Numbered from the whole stretch's first letter, positions 12,063 to 25,631 are shown. The stretch is DNA of 53,872 bases, filler included, from Jimgerdemannia flammicorona (GCA_003990765.1; 2 parts of 2 records of this genome joined end to end with filler, not necessarily neighbours in it), one strand, 5' to 3'. The notes: a model not told the origin generated them from the sequence alone. Made by a program: numbers and translations.

Positions 12063-13982
12063 ATGAACAACCCCCACAACAACTACCCTGACTACAAGAG
12101 TCACCCCTGCAAGTATTCAAAACATGATAGAAATGCATCCCCCCACATTCTATGGATATACTACTGAAGAGTCAATCCTGATCTTCATTGAAGACTTTGA
12201 ACAGTTTGCTGCCATATGAGCCCTTAGTGTGGATGCACAATTAGCCCTTCTACCAGTCAGTCTCAGAGGACCTGCTAGGGACAAGTTCAATGCAGCCACT
12301 ATTGCTAATAATAGTGCAGCCAAACTTGCCAACATGAAGGCCTTCCTCAGAACAACATATTATACTGAAGAGATCAAGTAAGCTCTCAAGGATCAACTCA
12401 ATACTATCTGCCAGAGACTTAGTAAAGATCCCAACTCATTCTATACCTGAATATGCCACCAGATTTTCTTGACTGGCTATGATGACCACCTTAAGGAACA
12501 AATAGCAGAGTCAACCTTCCTCAAAGAAGTTCACCCTGAAATTGCCCTAGCAATTGGTCTACCCCAGCTGCACTGACTCTTAATCAGAAAGTGGTCTTTA
12601 TATAGAGATATTGGACTGCCAGATACCCTGCCAAACACTTAATAGAGAAAATAACTGGTATCAAGATAGAGCCATCGAAGCCAACTAGTATCATACCTGT
12701 CACAGTTGTAAACAGACAACCAACCCCACCTATCACTAAGACAGCCAAAGCTGACCCAGTGGAAGAACTTGCCAAGCAGTTTACTGAGATGACTGTACAC
12801 CTTGGTAATGTTGTTAGAGAAGTCTGAAGTGCTAACAGGAGATTTGCAGCTGCTATAGAAGAATGCAATATTACATACTTCAGATGTGGAGAAGAAGGCC
12901 ACTATACAAAGAATTACATGATTTAAACAAGACATAAAGCCCAACCAAGCAATGCTAGCAGAACTAGAGAACAAACCAATACAGTAGTCATCAAGGAGAT
13001 TGGTGACACTGATGATGAAGAATACTATGAGGAGCTCAAATTCTACCCTGCTACTGAAGGTACCAGAACTCAGTCCAAGCTCTATGACAAGAAGAGCAAC
13101 AGCAAGCCAGTTGGAAGACCAAAGAAGACCCCAGCTGTTACTATTCAAAGCAAGACCCAACCCAAGGAGATTGATCAAGATATGGAGTTAGATGAAGCTG
13201 CCTGCCAAATTATTAAAGGCACTACTCCAGTCTCAGGAGAAAGCAAGAGCAAGAAGAAACAGAAGCTGTGCAAGACAAAGATCCACCAGTATGATATCTA
13301 TAAGGACCTCAAAGAACAGAAGGTCAATGCTACTTTTGAATAACTAGCTGAAGTCCCTGCCTTCAGACAACAGTTGAGAGTAGGACTTGCAACTACTGCC
13401 AAGAATCAAGAGTACAAGATTGTAGAAGCTCACAATACACAGGAAGAATCTGAAAACTCAGGTGAAGAATTCAAAGATCAGCACAAGACATCAGCCTATA
13501 CTCTATGTCAGATCAAAGACTGTATCTTTGATGTCATCATTGATACTGATGCTGGAGGATACCTCATGAGCAAGAAGGCAATTGACCACCTAGGTTGGAA
13601 TATTGAAGAGTCCACCAAGATGGTCTATGTTATAGCAGATGGTATATAAGCTATCCCCCTTGGCAAAATCCAAAAAGTCTCCATCAAGATAGGAGGAGCT
13701 ACCATCCCAGTAGATGTGATTGTTACAAGTGCCACCAACTATAACATCCTCATTGGCAACCAATGGCTTCACAAGGCCAAGGCCATTATTGATCTCAATA
13801 CTCAGAAGATGCAGATCAACTATAGAGGAAGAAAGGTACAAGTCTCTATCAATGTCCACAAAGGAGTTCTATCAGACATAGAGGAAGGAGATGAAGAGAA
13901 CACAGAGGTCTTCATGCACTCAGTAAACAAGAACAAGAACAAGACACCCAAGCTCACAGATGAGCAGTGGTACAACAAGATC
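12063..13982 (+). pseudogene. Gypsy gag and aspartic protease (degenerate)
   Basis: ATG at 12063. Decayed zinc knuckle (Y)FRCGEEGHYTKN(Y) at ~12876-12918. Protease motif VIIDTDAG at ~13533-13556 and ILIGNQWL. Confidence 0.8.
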
Positions 13983-16900
13983 ATCATCTGCCACCTTTCT
14001 CTGGTACAATTCACATTATACCAACTTCAAGCAACAGTTTTTCAACACAACTCAGAGGAAAGATATTATAACAATATCATTGAGCAAGAGTTCTGCTGGA
14101 TGTGCTGGGTCAGGTGGACCTGGGGCTTTCGGCTAGCAGTATGTAGAGAGGAGTTATGGCCTGGGGATGGGGCCTTTGGAGGGTCAAAGGGTGGCAGGGG
14201 CTCTGGAGGTAGACCAGTATCTGGTAGCCATGGAGAGAGGCCTGGCCCCCCAAGTTTTGTGGATAAGGTAAAGGGGAGTGGGTGGCTGGCTGGGACTGGG
14301 GCTGGTGCTGTGGTAGGGAAGGGCAAGGTGAGCCTAGGGAGGGGGGGAGTTACTCAGGGGGGGAATGCAAGCATAGGTGCTGGAGGTGTAGTGGCTGGGG
14401 ATGGGACTGCTGATAGCAGTGTGATAGGCAATCAAGAAAAAAAAAGAGATATGACAGCTGATGGCAGTGTGGGGCAGGGGTTCCTGATGTAGAAGGGGGA
14501 CCTGACTGATAGTATGATAGGGCTGGTGGTGGCACCATTACTCAGGAAGTCAATCTTGGAGTTTGTGGTGACACTGTGCTTCCAAGGCTTGACAGTAACA
14601 GTGAGAATGGTCTTGGGGCTTGTCTTGAAGCAGGTGGCTGGGGCAGCCTTGGTGAAGTTCCTAAAGGGCCTGAAGGGAGTCGAGGTGGGCTTTGAGGAGG
14701 CAGGCCTACTGGAAGAGGCACTGAAGTCTGGAGTGGTAGTTGGCGAGGTGGTAGTTCCCATGATGTGCTGCCTGAGGTGGGACCCCAGGATGGTACAGCT
14801 GCTGGTGAAGGGGATGCCTACTGTGATGAAGGAGGAGACTAGGAGGAGGGTGGAGGAGGTGATGGCAGAGTATGGTGATGTGGTGGATATCAGTTTCCAG
14901 GTATGGGAGGGGACCTCTATTAGGACTAATGATGTGGAGGTGAGAATTAGACTGGCAGGAAGGGAAGCCACAGAGAAGACAAGTGACTGGCTCTCAGTGT
15001 TGATGTGGGGGGCTTTTGTCTGTAAGGTGATAAGGGTGTGGGGGAATGAAGAGGAGGAAGAGGACTTGTTGGAGGTGCTAGAAGAGTTGAGTGATACTGT
15101 TAAGAGGAGGGTAAAGGCCTGGAAGTTGTATGAGGAGTCGACGCATCTGGAGATTGTTGATGGGAAAAGGATTTGAACTGACAAGGGGCAGTGGGAGCAG
15201 GCCCAGAAGCACAAGTGGCAGAGAGAGTTGTTGGCGAGTATGAGTAGTGGGGCTAAGAAGAAGGCAGATGGGACTGAGGTGTCTGGGGGCATCAAAGCCA
15301 GTGTCTGGACTAGTAAAGGAGAAGGGGTGGTGGAGGCAGGCAAGGAAGGAGCTGGGAAGGTACTGAGTAAGGACCCCTATACCAACAGCACATTTGAGGT
15401 CTGGGAGCAGGAATTGGATACTACCCCCCTCTCTCTTATCAGAAGGGGCCCAGCTGTGAAGAGAGGGACAATAGAGAATATACTGATGCAGGGGGCCCAG
15501 TGAGTACACTTTGGGGTCCCTGATGTGGTGAAAGGGGGCCAGGTGGTGGCAGTTGGCAAGGATGAGCTGGTGGATGTCCCTGAGGAGAAGTGGGATGAGG
15601 CTGCCAGTGTAGGAGCTGATACTATAATGTTGGATACAGGGTGGCCAGAGACTCCAGGAGGAAAGGAGGTGGGGAACTTGTTGTGGATGAGCAAGGTAAT
15701 GGATAACCTTGCGGCAGAGGCATTGGGAGAAGTGGATCTGTGGGTAATGTCTGAGGAGTATTGGGTGCAGATTCTGCATGGCAATGGAGTGGTGGAGGCA
15801 CTGAAGGTGGAGATTCTTGCAATCTTCCTGAAGGAGGAGGGATATGAGGTTGATGAGGTGAGGAAGACAGAGCTGGTGGTGGTTGCTAGTGAATGGGCAG
15901 CCTACTGTTGGGCAGAGCATCATGGTTTGCAGCTCTGGCAGAAGGCCTGTCTGGAGTATTATGAGGACTTTGAGGAGCAAGAAGATGGGGTGATGGTAGA
16001 ACTTCTGGGAGGGTTGGAGGCATGGGAAGCTGGAGAAAGGGAACTAGCTACTGAACATGACTTGGACTTGGTGTAGGAGGAGCTGAATGTGGACTTGTAG
16101 AGGATGAGATCACTATATATCATTTTTTCTTATGAACAATACAACCAACATTTTCTCTTTGAATGTGAATGGGTTAAGGGGATCTGGGCAGCATAAGAAT
16201 ATTTTTACTTAGCTCAAGGGATTGGAGGCTGATCTCTTTTTACTATAGGATGTTCGGTGTGAGGATGAGGATGATCGGGTGGAGTGGACTAGGGAATGGG
16301 GTGGGGCTACTGCTTGGTTTGGAAAAGTAGTGATTCTGGTGAGGAAGGGTAGAGGAGACTTGGGGGGAATCAGGAGCTGGAGTGATCACTTGGTCTGGGG
16401 AGATTGGCATCAGCCAGGGTGGGAGTCAGTGAGGGTTGGCTCTTGCTACTACTCTGCAGTTAGGGGTGAGAGGACTGCATGGATTAAGGAGCTGCTGGAG
16501 GAGGGTATTCTCTTAGAGAAAGGGGTCGATGTTCTCAGTGGGGACTTTAATATGGTTTGGGATCAGCATCTAGACAGAACTGATGGAGAGAGGAGTGCAG
16601 GGGGGAGAAGTGGAGGTCTGGATGCATGGGAGGAGGTGGAGAAGTTGAGCTCCTTAGGGGATATGGGCAGAACATGGTGGGGCAACACCAGGGTCTACAC
16701 ACATTGGGTGAATGGCTTGGGCACAAGGATTGACTGGATTCTGATGGCAGAGTGCTGGGGTTCAGATGTTTGGAAGATGGTAGAGATGGAGTGGTGCCCA
16801 TGGTCTGATCACCTGAGACTGTTGGGGCAGGGGCAGTTTGGGGGGAGTGGAGATGGACCCAGACATTGGCACCTTAACTCCTCCCTGCTGGCTGAGAAGA

Positions 16901-19889
16901 GGTTGTGGGACTCATGGGTGGAGGACATTCAGGCAAAGGTTTTTATCTGGAGGCATGAGGGTTTGTCTGTGGGTGTCTATTGGATGAGATTGAAAGAGGT
17001 TGTGAGGATCTATTGGGGAGGGGCTAGTAGGGAAGCTGGGAGATGGAGGAGGAAGCACACAGGGTGTGCTTCCAGCAGACTGAGGAGACTGCAAATAGAT
17101 TGGGTGGATTTGCTTACTTCTGATGGGGTGGAGGATTGGAGGATAGAGCAGGCAAAATTGGAGATAGTGGAACTGCAACAGGTATTGAGAGAAGAGGAGG
17201 AGACTCATATGTGAGGTATGGCTGCTAGGCTATGGTGGCAGGGGCTTGAGGAGGGTGAGCAGCCTACTAGGTACTTATCAAGACTCCTCAAAGCTAGGAG
17301 GGTGCGACATCAGTAGAATGGGGTCCTGGATGCCAATGGGAATATGGTGCATGGCATACAACAAATATTAGGGGTTTTGAAGGAGAAATGGCAGGGTTTA
17401 TAGAGTGAGGGAGAAGGGGGTGCTGATGAGGCAGTGATTGCAGATATACTAGAGGAGTGGGGGCTGCTGCAAGTAGCTGGACTGAGTGACTTGATCTTAC
17501 TGGTACAAGGAGAGGAGATCCAGAGTGTCCTTGTGGCAACTAAACTTGGAACAGTGCCAGGGGAGGATGGGTTACTGTGGGACTTCTGGAAGAAGATGGT
17601 AAAGGTCCCCGGAGTTTTGGGTGAGATGGCTGCTCTCTGTTACCATGTTCTTCAGAGTGGTGAGTGGGTTGGAGAGCAGGACCTCAGGCTGGTGGCCTTA
17701 TTGTACAAAGACAAGGGGAGGAGAGAAGACTGGAAGAACTGGAGACTGATCATGCTTCTGGATATGGACAGGAAGATGGTGACTAAGGTGATTGTTGCAA
17801 GGCTGCAGAAAGTTGCCCAACAGGTGCTGAGGGAGGAGTAGTGGGGCTTTGTTGGGAGCAGACTTATAAGGGATGGGACTGCATGGGTGCATGGTTTCAT
17901 TGAAGGGGCCTGGGCTTGTGGACTGGATGGCAGGTTGGTCTTTTTGGACTAGGAGAAGGCCTATGACCATGTATGGTAGGTTTGGCTGGGCAAGGTGTTG
18001 GATCGAATTGGTATTCCCTTGAGATTTCAGACTTCTATGTTGAATCTGCTAGAGAGCAGTCAGGCAGCGCTGATGTGTAATGCTCACTGAGGTCTGGCAT
18101 TTTCCTTAGAAAGAGGAGTTCCTCAGGGGGACCCTCTGTTCTCTATTCTCTATGCCCTTTTGTTAGAGCTGTTGATGGATCAGATTTGCTAGAAGGTGGC
18201 AGGGCTCTCTATATATGGTATAGTGTAGAAGATGGGGGCCTTTGCTGATAACATAGTGGTTGGACTTGGGTCTGTAGCAGATGTCAAGGCACTTAAGGAG
18301 ACAGTGGAATGGTATGAGGCTCACTCTAGGGCAAAGCTCAACTGGCATAAGTGTGAGACAATAGTGCCAGGAAATGGGCTAGTAGATGGAGACATCATTG
18401 GAACAATTGTCTCTACTGGTTAGGTGGTGAGGTATCTGAGCATCTTCCTTTCTATATATGGTTCTGTCTTGCCACAAGTGTGGTGGGAGAGCAGGGTGAC
18501 CATTTGGTGGGAGGCCCTTCAAGGTTGGGGAGGCCGCCATATCTCTCTGGCAGGGCAGGTGTCAATTCTGAATGTATACTGGTTCCCCAAGCTGTGGTAT
18601 GTGGCCTATCACCTAGACTTCTCAGCTTGGGTGGTGAAGAGACTGACAAAGGTGGCTAGAGATTGAATTTGGGCAGAGAGAAGGTCCCAGATCAGTTGGG
18701 ATACTCTTGCAACACCAGTGGTCAGAGGAGGTCTTGGCCTTGTGGATTTCCCTAAGAGATTGCACTGCTTGCAAGCCTGATGGTTGAAGAGAGCTACTGA
18801 ACTGCAGAGAGGGGGTTGGGTGCCTCTGCTGCAGAAGGTGTGGAAGATGAGAACCTCCCCTCAAGGGTCCTCAGGAGATCTGCTCTCTTTGATAGGGCTG
18901 AATGGAAATCGGCAGCTGTGGTTTAAGGGCTTTTGGTAGAGGGTGGTAGATGGAGCACACTGAATTGGCCTGTGCTGGCAAGGCAATGAGGGAGAGGTGA
19001 TATAGGGGCCTGATATGTGGTGATGGGATAGACTGCTCCTGGGGGGTGCTCCACTTGCTACATTTGGTTTTGGGGATGGAGTGGAGTGTCAGCAGGGTCT
19101 TGGCCAGAATATTTGGCTAAGTGGCTGGCAGATGGCAGAGATCAGTGAGGAGTGGGACTGGGCAGGTATCTGGTCTTGAAGTGCTGAGGTACAGAGGTGG
19201 CTTTCTCTCAAGTTCTGGGTGATATAGTGGTGAATGCTGCAGAGGAATATCATGTTGAATTTCTGCACTGGGTATCTGGTGAATGGTGGCCGTTTCGATT
19301 GTGAGGAGTGTTACAATATAGGGCAAGCTGGGGGTCCTGTGCAGATGCCAGAACATTGGTTGGGAGAGTGTGAGGTTTTGGAGAACTTTTGGGTAGAAAT
19401 AGGGAATTGACTGAGTGTAGAGCAAAGGCCAGCAGGTGAGGGAGGCTGCTGGGAGGACTTGAGATCTTGGCTAATGGGTGGGATAGGTGATAGTTGGCTC
19501 ACTGTAGGGTGGGTGTTAGCAGTGTAGGTGGGACTGGCAGGACATTGGCTTTTTGTATTTGAGGAGGGGTGGTAGATGGGGCTGCAGAAGAAGGTATTAA
19601 GGTGGGAGGAGCTGTTGGGGGATCTGCTGACTGGATGGTGGGTGGGTTGGGGTCCTCAGGGGGGGGCAACATCATAGTTTGGTGGTAAGGATCTGTGAGC
19701 AGAGTAGTGGGAGGGTAGAGATTGTATTAGACAAAGTGGTCTTTCATCGAGAAGGGGTAGGAGGGGGAGGCCCCCCTAGGGGGATCAGATAGGGGGCAGG
19801 ATCACTATATTTATATGGGATAGATGGGCATAATAAAGGAAGGAAGTCCAAGTGACTATAAAAAAAAAATAAAAAAAAAAAAAAAAAAA

Positions 19890-19930
<41 letters not shown>
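13983..19930 (+). mobile_element. L1/Tx1-like non-LTR retrotransposon (LINE copy 1), full length, degenerate
   Basis: 16-bp TSD GTGGTACAACAAGATC (13967-13982, 19931-19946) and a ~70-nt A tail. ORF1 ~14074-16100. ORF2 from ATG 16132 has APE motifs (SLNVNG, GDFN, SDH, WHLNSSLL) and RT motifs (PGEDG, EKAYD, QGD, FADN, YL). Confidence 0.95.
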
Positions 19931-19932
<2 letters not shown>

Positions 19933-20171
19933 GGTACAACAAGATCGTTAATGGCTATGCCCCTCAAGAAAGATGCCCCCATGGTACTAGGATGTACTGC
20001 TCTGAACACCTGAATGACTGCTGGTCCTATATCAGTGAAGTTAGGAAAATCTGCCAATAGAAACATGAGCAAGAAGCCACTGAAGCAAAAAGGAAAGCCA
20101 AAGAAGATGACCAGCCCCCAGAGCTTCAAGCTGACAGTGATGATGAGGAGGAACAAGAACCAGATATCACC

Positions 20172-20582
20172 CTCAAAGTTAAGAAGTTTCACCCCAAGGC
20201 CAAGATCCCAGAATACAGGACTGAAAGAGCTATAGGAATAGACCTTGCCAGCATTCAAGATGCTATCCTTGAACCATAGACCACCACCCTACTTGTCACT
20301 GGAATTGAAGTCAAGCTGCCAGAAAACTATGCCAAAATTATCAAGACCAGGAGCAGTCTGGCCAAAAGCAAAATCTCAGTTGAAGGAGGAGTAATTGACC
20401 CTGATTACACTGGCGAGATCTTCCTCATAGTCAGGAATCACAACCCCACTACCCCATTTGAAGTCAAGAAGCATGATAGGATTGGCCAGATGCTGATCCA
20501 TGAAATCAAGAAGTCCAAGATCATAGAAGCCATCAAACTCATCAAGACTAAGAGAGGAGAACAAGACTTTGGATCTACTGGA
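20172..20582 (+). pseudogene. dut: dUTPase domain of Gypsy pol
   Basis: All five trimeric dUTPase motifs in one frame: AIGIDL, RSSLA, GVIDPDYTGEI, DRIGQ, RGEQDFGSTG. One TAG at 20277-20279. Confidence 0.9.
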
Positions 20583-20699
20583 AGAGGAGCTTATGCTACT
20601 ACCAAGATTACCAAACTTGAGCACAAGAAAGACAAGGACCAGAATAAGCACACATATACCATTGGAGAAAACTTTCCCCTAGAAGAACAACTTCTCAAG

Positions 20700-23288
20700 A
20701 TCCTGCACTAGAATGAAGGAGTACTTACTACAGACTTCAGGGATATCCACAATCAAGAACCCAAGTACTACCATGAAGTTGACACTGGTGATACCAAGCC
20801 CATCTACCAGAAAGCCAGACCCATACCACCTGCCTATAGAGAATGGCTGTGAGCAGAACTCAAGGAAATGGAAGAAGCTGGAATCATCAAGCAAGCCATC
20901 AGCCCCTGGGCCTCACTCATTGTCCTTGCTCTGAAGAAAGGAAGCAAGCCTGGAGAGTTTGCACCAAGACTCTGCATTGACTACAGAAAGCTCAATGCAA
21001 TCACAAAGAAGGATAGGCAGCCCTTGCCAAATATTCAAGAAATCCTTACCACCTTTAGAAGCAAAGCCAAATACTACACTACCTTGGTTCTGTTCTCAGG
21101 CTTCCATCAGATTGGTCTCACTCAAGATGCCAGTGAGAAATCAGCCTTCATTACACCTGATACCACCTATATCTACCTGCAAATACATTTGGAATGTGCA
21201 ATGCCCTAGCAAGTTTTCAGCAAATGATGAATAGAGTCTTCAGCAACACTATACAGGAACATGTCAATCATATACAGCTAGCTCTCAAGAAGCTCAAGGA
21301 GCATGGCCTCTATATCAAGCCTAAGAAATGCAAGTTTGCAGCTCAGGAAATCACCTACCTAGGACACCTCATCAACCAGACCAGAATCCACACAGATCCT
21401 ATGAAGATTGAGGCTGTTGCAGCCTACCCGAGACCCAGAACAACCACAGAAGTCCATGCCTTCCTTGGACTGGTCAGCTACTACAGAAGATTCATCAAAG
21501 GATACTCCAACATTGCAGTACCTATCTATGAGCTACTGAAGAAGGAAACCAAATTCAAATGGACCAAGGAGTACCAAGAAACCTTCAATGAACTCAAGAC
21601 CAGGTTGACCCAAGCACCTATCCTCAGAAGACTAGATTGGAACCTAGAATTCATCCTGCAGACAGATGCAAGTATCATAGGACTTGGAGCAGTCCTAGCT
21701 CAGAAGAAAGATGGATATGAATATGTCATCTCTTATGCAAGCCAAGGTACCTGCAGAGCAGAACAGAACTATGAGTTATACAAGCTCGAATGCTTAATAG
21801 TAGTTTGAGCAGTAGACAAGTTCCACTACTATCTAGCTGGGAAATACTTCACCATTCAAACAGACCATTCTGCTCTTGCCTGGCTATTCCACACTCTGAA
21901 CCCCAAAGGAATATATGCCAGATGGATCTACAGGCTGCAAGAGTATGACTGTACTATCAAGCACCACTCAGAAAGAACCAATACCAATGCTGATGCACTC
22001 TCAAGGACATCCCAAAATACTCCCATCAAGACTATTCAATATGAATAAGGAGCTATACTATGGATTAATCAGCTATCTTGGGCAGCAGAAGATGCCCAAC
22101 CATCTTAAATCCTGGACAATCACTATCATCAACTGGACTTGAAAACAGTTTGAACTAGACAACACTACACTCAAAAAAGGAGAAAAGCTAGTAATACCCA
22201 AATACAAGAAGTATCAAATAATGAAGGAAGTATATGAGCAAGGATACCTAGGAGGAACCAATACATATGATAAGGTAAGAAGAACCATATGGTGACCCAA
22301 GATGGAAGAAGATCTGTGCCAATTTGTCAAAGGGTGTGACAAGTGCCAAAAACAGAAACAAGATCAGCAAGACCAGGCACCCAGGTTATCAAGAATTGAG
22401 GCTATCCCCTTCCACCACATTGCAATGGATATCATTGGGCCACTACCAGTAACATTATCCGAAAACCACTATATTATAGTTATTGTAGACCTCTTCACCA
22501 AATAGATAGAGGCAGGAGCATTACAAGAAGCCAATGCCCTCTCTATAGCCGACTTCCTGCACTGAGAAATCATCTACCACTACAAGACACTGAAACAAAT
22601 CACAACAGACTGTGGCACAGAATTTGTCAATGGATTCTATGAGATAATGTATCAGAAATACAAGATCCAGTATATCAAGACTACTGCATACCACCCTCAA
22701 AGAAATGGACAAATAGAGAGAACCAATAAGACCCTTAAGAACATTCTGGCAAATATCTCAGAGACATATGAGAATTGGGATAACTATCTCCCAACTGCCC
22801 TCTCTGTCCTATGAGATATATGGTCACAGAGTACACACTTTATCTCAAGGGAACTGCTCTTCAGAGAAGAAGATTCTGATGGAACCTCAGCCACAAATCT
22901 AGACCTAACTTGGAGACAGGTTGATGCAGAAATCCAGAGGCTACACCAAATCAGAAAGAAGGCTGAAGATTACATTATCAAGTCACAAGTACTGACAAGA
23001 AAGAATGCAGAAAAGAATCACAAGACCCTAGAATCCATCCGAATCGGAGAGAAGGTCCTATTATATCAAAATATAGTAGAAGCCTCATAGTCATGAAAAC
23101 TGGAGCCCAAATGGGAAGGACCCTTCTATGTGCAAGATATCAAGGAAACTACCTTCTGGCTTAGAAAAATCTCAGAAACCATACTGCCTACCACAGTATA
23201 TAGGAACAGACTAAAGAAATACCATGAACCTATACAAGAGAAGCAAAATGTGATGACCACCCACAAAGTTCTAGTCTGCGAATCATAA
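20700..23288 (+). pseudogene. Gypsy RT - RNase H - integrase (degenerate)
   Basis: SPWAS, RLCIDYRKLN, KPKKCKF, YLGH, FLGLVSYYRRFI, LQTDAS..GLGAVL, TDHSAL, IAMDIIGPLP, TDCGTEF, YHPQ.NG..ER.N, KWEGPF. Confidence 0.92.
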
Positions 23289-23591
23289 CAGCATGTCCTA
23301 TGATCAGCAGGCTATCTGTCTAGACCATTCTCTAAGGGATACAGCACTAGCAACTACTCATCCATGAGACTTTCGAAGCCAGAGGAGTTTGAACTATCAT
23401 CTGATTGGTCAAGATCAGAATCAGGCCCTTGCTCTATATAAAGGGAGCAACCTTTCACCATTATGCCAAAATATAAAGAGAAGATGCCAGCCTATAAATA
23501 CCACTTTTTGACTCCTTGCCAGAGGTTATGGGATCAGCAAATTTTTCAGGACTGGACCAATGAATAAGGATACTTGAGAAGATTCTTATTC

Positions 23592-23601
23592 AGGAGGAAT
23601 A
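23592..23601 (+). other. Polypurine tract (decayed)
   Basis: AGGAGGAATA lies directly before the 3' LTR. Confidence 0.5.
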
Positions 23602-25214
23602 TGTAATGGTGACTTCAGAATGATGACATCAGCACAGGAGACAGTCTTTCCTTACAAGCTACCAGATCAGAGCACAAGAAGATCATATGGCATACAAGAT
23701 GAGCAATAATGACCAACTATGAGTCATTGTGACCACAGTACAAGTATCCTGAGGAATATAAAAGAAGGATTAAGGAACCACAGTAACAGCAACCAACAAG
23801 ACCCACCAATCCCAAAAATAGCTCAAAGACTCACTACAAACGAAATGCCTGCTGCCTGCCAAACCTCAAGATCAAGGAACCACTAAGGCATCTCAGTTAA
23901 AGAAAGGATATTCCAAGACATCAGAAGAGCCATGAGGATCTGCTCAAAAAGGACTCCTAGTATCAACCTGGGTACTGGTGACCCTTATCATTATATTCTC
24001 TACCACCATGAAATGGAAACAAGGATCACTATTGCTACCAAATGCCTCCAAATATGGCAGGAGTATGAAATAGAAAACCTCCTCTGCCAGAAGTTTCCAC
24101 AGGCCAGCCCTCAAGAACTACAAGATATTACTCCCATGGATATATATGAGGCAAGGACAGCTAAGAAGATCCATCAGATCTTCAGACATGTACTATGGTC
24201 GATCCCTAACTTGGAGTATGTTAGAGTCTCAGACTTCAGAGACCTATTATCTCACCATATCAATACACTAGAAGCCAGAGTGGCTACAGAAGCCCAGTCC
24301 ACTATCACTCTCAATAGTGATGAAGTAGAAGACTTCTGGCATTCTTTCCTCCAGGACAATCTAGACCAATTTCTACAAGGATTGATCTCAGTATTCTAAG
24401 GCCCAAGTATCTAGATTAGACCTCCCCAAGACCCCACATTTGTCCTCTATTTTGTGGAAGAGAACCTCATAGACTGGAGAGCTCCAGACCTCCTTGTTCC
24501 TGCCCCCACCACCACTGAACATGATGTCATCAGTGATAATGTCATCCCGCATGACATATGTGAGATGCATGATGAAGCATATGAAGTATGCGAAATATAC
24601 AACCTACATGACAATGATGACAACAAATTCATGGACCTTATCTCCTTTGAAGACATTCTGACCTCTGATGATGAAGCCCCTATGGTCTTGAACATTCTGC
24701 TCTAAGTCTCTTGGTTACACTGAAGAATACCATTACTGGTATTCTGAGGTGACACAGAATTGTTCCAGTACTGGTATTTTGGTGTAATACTGAATAATAC
24801 CAGCACCAGTATTCTGATGTGACACTGAATTATACCAGCATCCTGAACCTATACAACCATCAGTACCGACCCTGAAACTTAACAGTTTTTTCTGTCCTGG
24901 CATTTTATTTTAGTTATTGAAATTTATATTTAGCTTTATAACTTAGCAACCATTGAATTATATTTTGTATAAATACCCCTCTTATTTCCTCTAAAATAAA
25001 GTCAGTCCATTCAGTCTACTCAGTGCAATACACACTTCCTTGCAAGTAATCTAAGAGATAACAAGACAGTTTAAAGATAAGAAGTTTGAAGACTATAAGA
25101 CCTTGGGAAGGCACTCTAATAAGAACTTGCTTATAACAAACTTGAGTTAGTCTAAGAGATATACCTTGAAGAGAATCTGGTGTATTTGAAGGACTCAGTG
25201 ACCACTATGTAACA
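23602..25214 (+). repeat. 3' LTR (1613 bp)
   Basis: TG...CA termini; collinear with the split 5' LTR. Confidence 0.95.
23845..24705 (+). pseudogene. LTR (U3)-encoded ORF of unknown function, ~286 codons
   Basis: One frame from ATG 23845 to TAA 24705 with three internal stops. Two of them (23884, 24412) are CAA/CAG in the 5' LTR copy. Homologous to the ORF in the solo LTR at 40955-41838. Confidence 0.7.
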
Positions 25215-25631
25215 ATATTTTTATACTAATTTTAGTAAAACTACTAGAGGTTAAAGGATAGATACCAGGTCTTTGAAGTATTAGTATAATTTTTAATATT
25301 CTTAAAAATATAGAACTTTGAGAAATTACTAGTTTAGATAGAGTTGAATGAGTAGAACTTTAATAGAAAATTAAACAATGTAGTTCTTAAGTTTTTGTAT
25401 AAGTTTATCAAAGTTCTAGGCAAAGTTATCAGTATTGTCTACTTGGTCAGACTGGACCAGATCTCTTAGTAGTATATCTGCTACTTTATTTGATATATTC
25501 ATAAGATATAAACTTAGTAATCAGACTAGTAGTAGAGGGTTCTATATATGTAGTACTGGCTTCTGAGACTTTCTGATAATGGGTAATCAGTAAGTTTAGA
25601 GGTAATAATATCTCTCAATGGTTTGGTAGGC

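Larger units (their letters stand above)
3979..25214 (+). mobile_element. Ty3/Gypsy LTR retrotransposon (gag-PR-dUTPase-RT-RH-IN), degenerate, with two nested insertions
   Basis: Direct repeats start TGTAATGGTGAC (3979, 23602) and end TGT(G/A)ACA (12006, 25214). 4-bp TSD ATAT at 3975-3978 and 25215-25218. Domain order PR-RT-RH-IN is the Gypsy order. Confidence 0.95.

Noticed and set aside
13967..13982. Possible LINE target-sequence specificity (TSDs of copies 1 and 3 both preceded by A and starting GT)
   Set aside because: Only two sites and 3 shared bases; not distinguishable from chance.
14432..15980. Long minus-strand Ser/Pro/Leu-rich ORFs opposite LINE ORF1 (also 31167-32657)
   Set aside because: Antisense shadows of a G-rich coding strand, with no recognisable motifs and inconsistent ends between copies.
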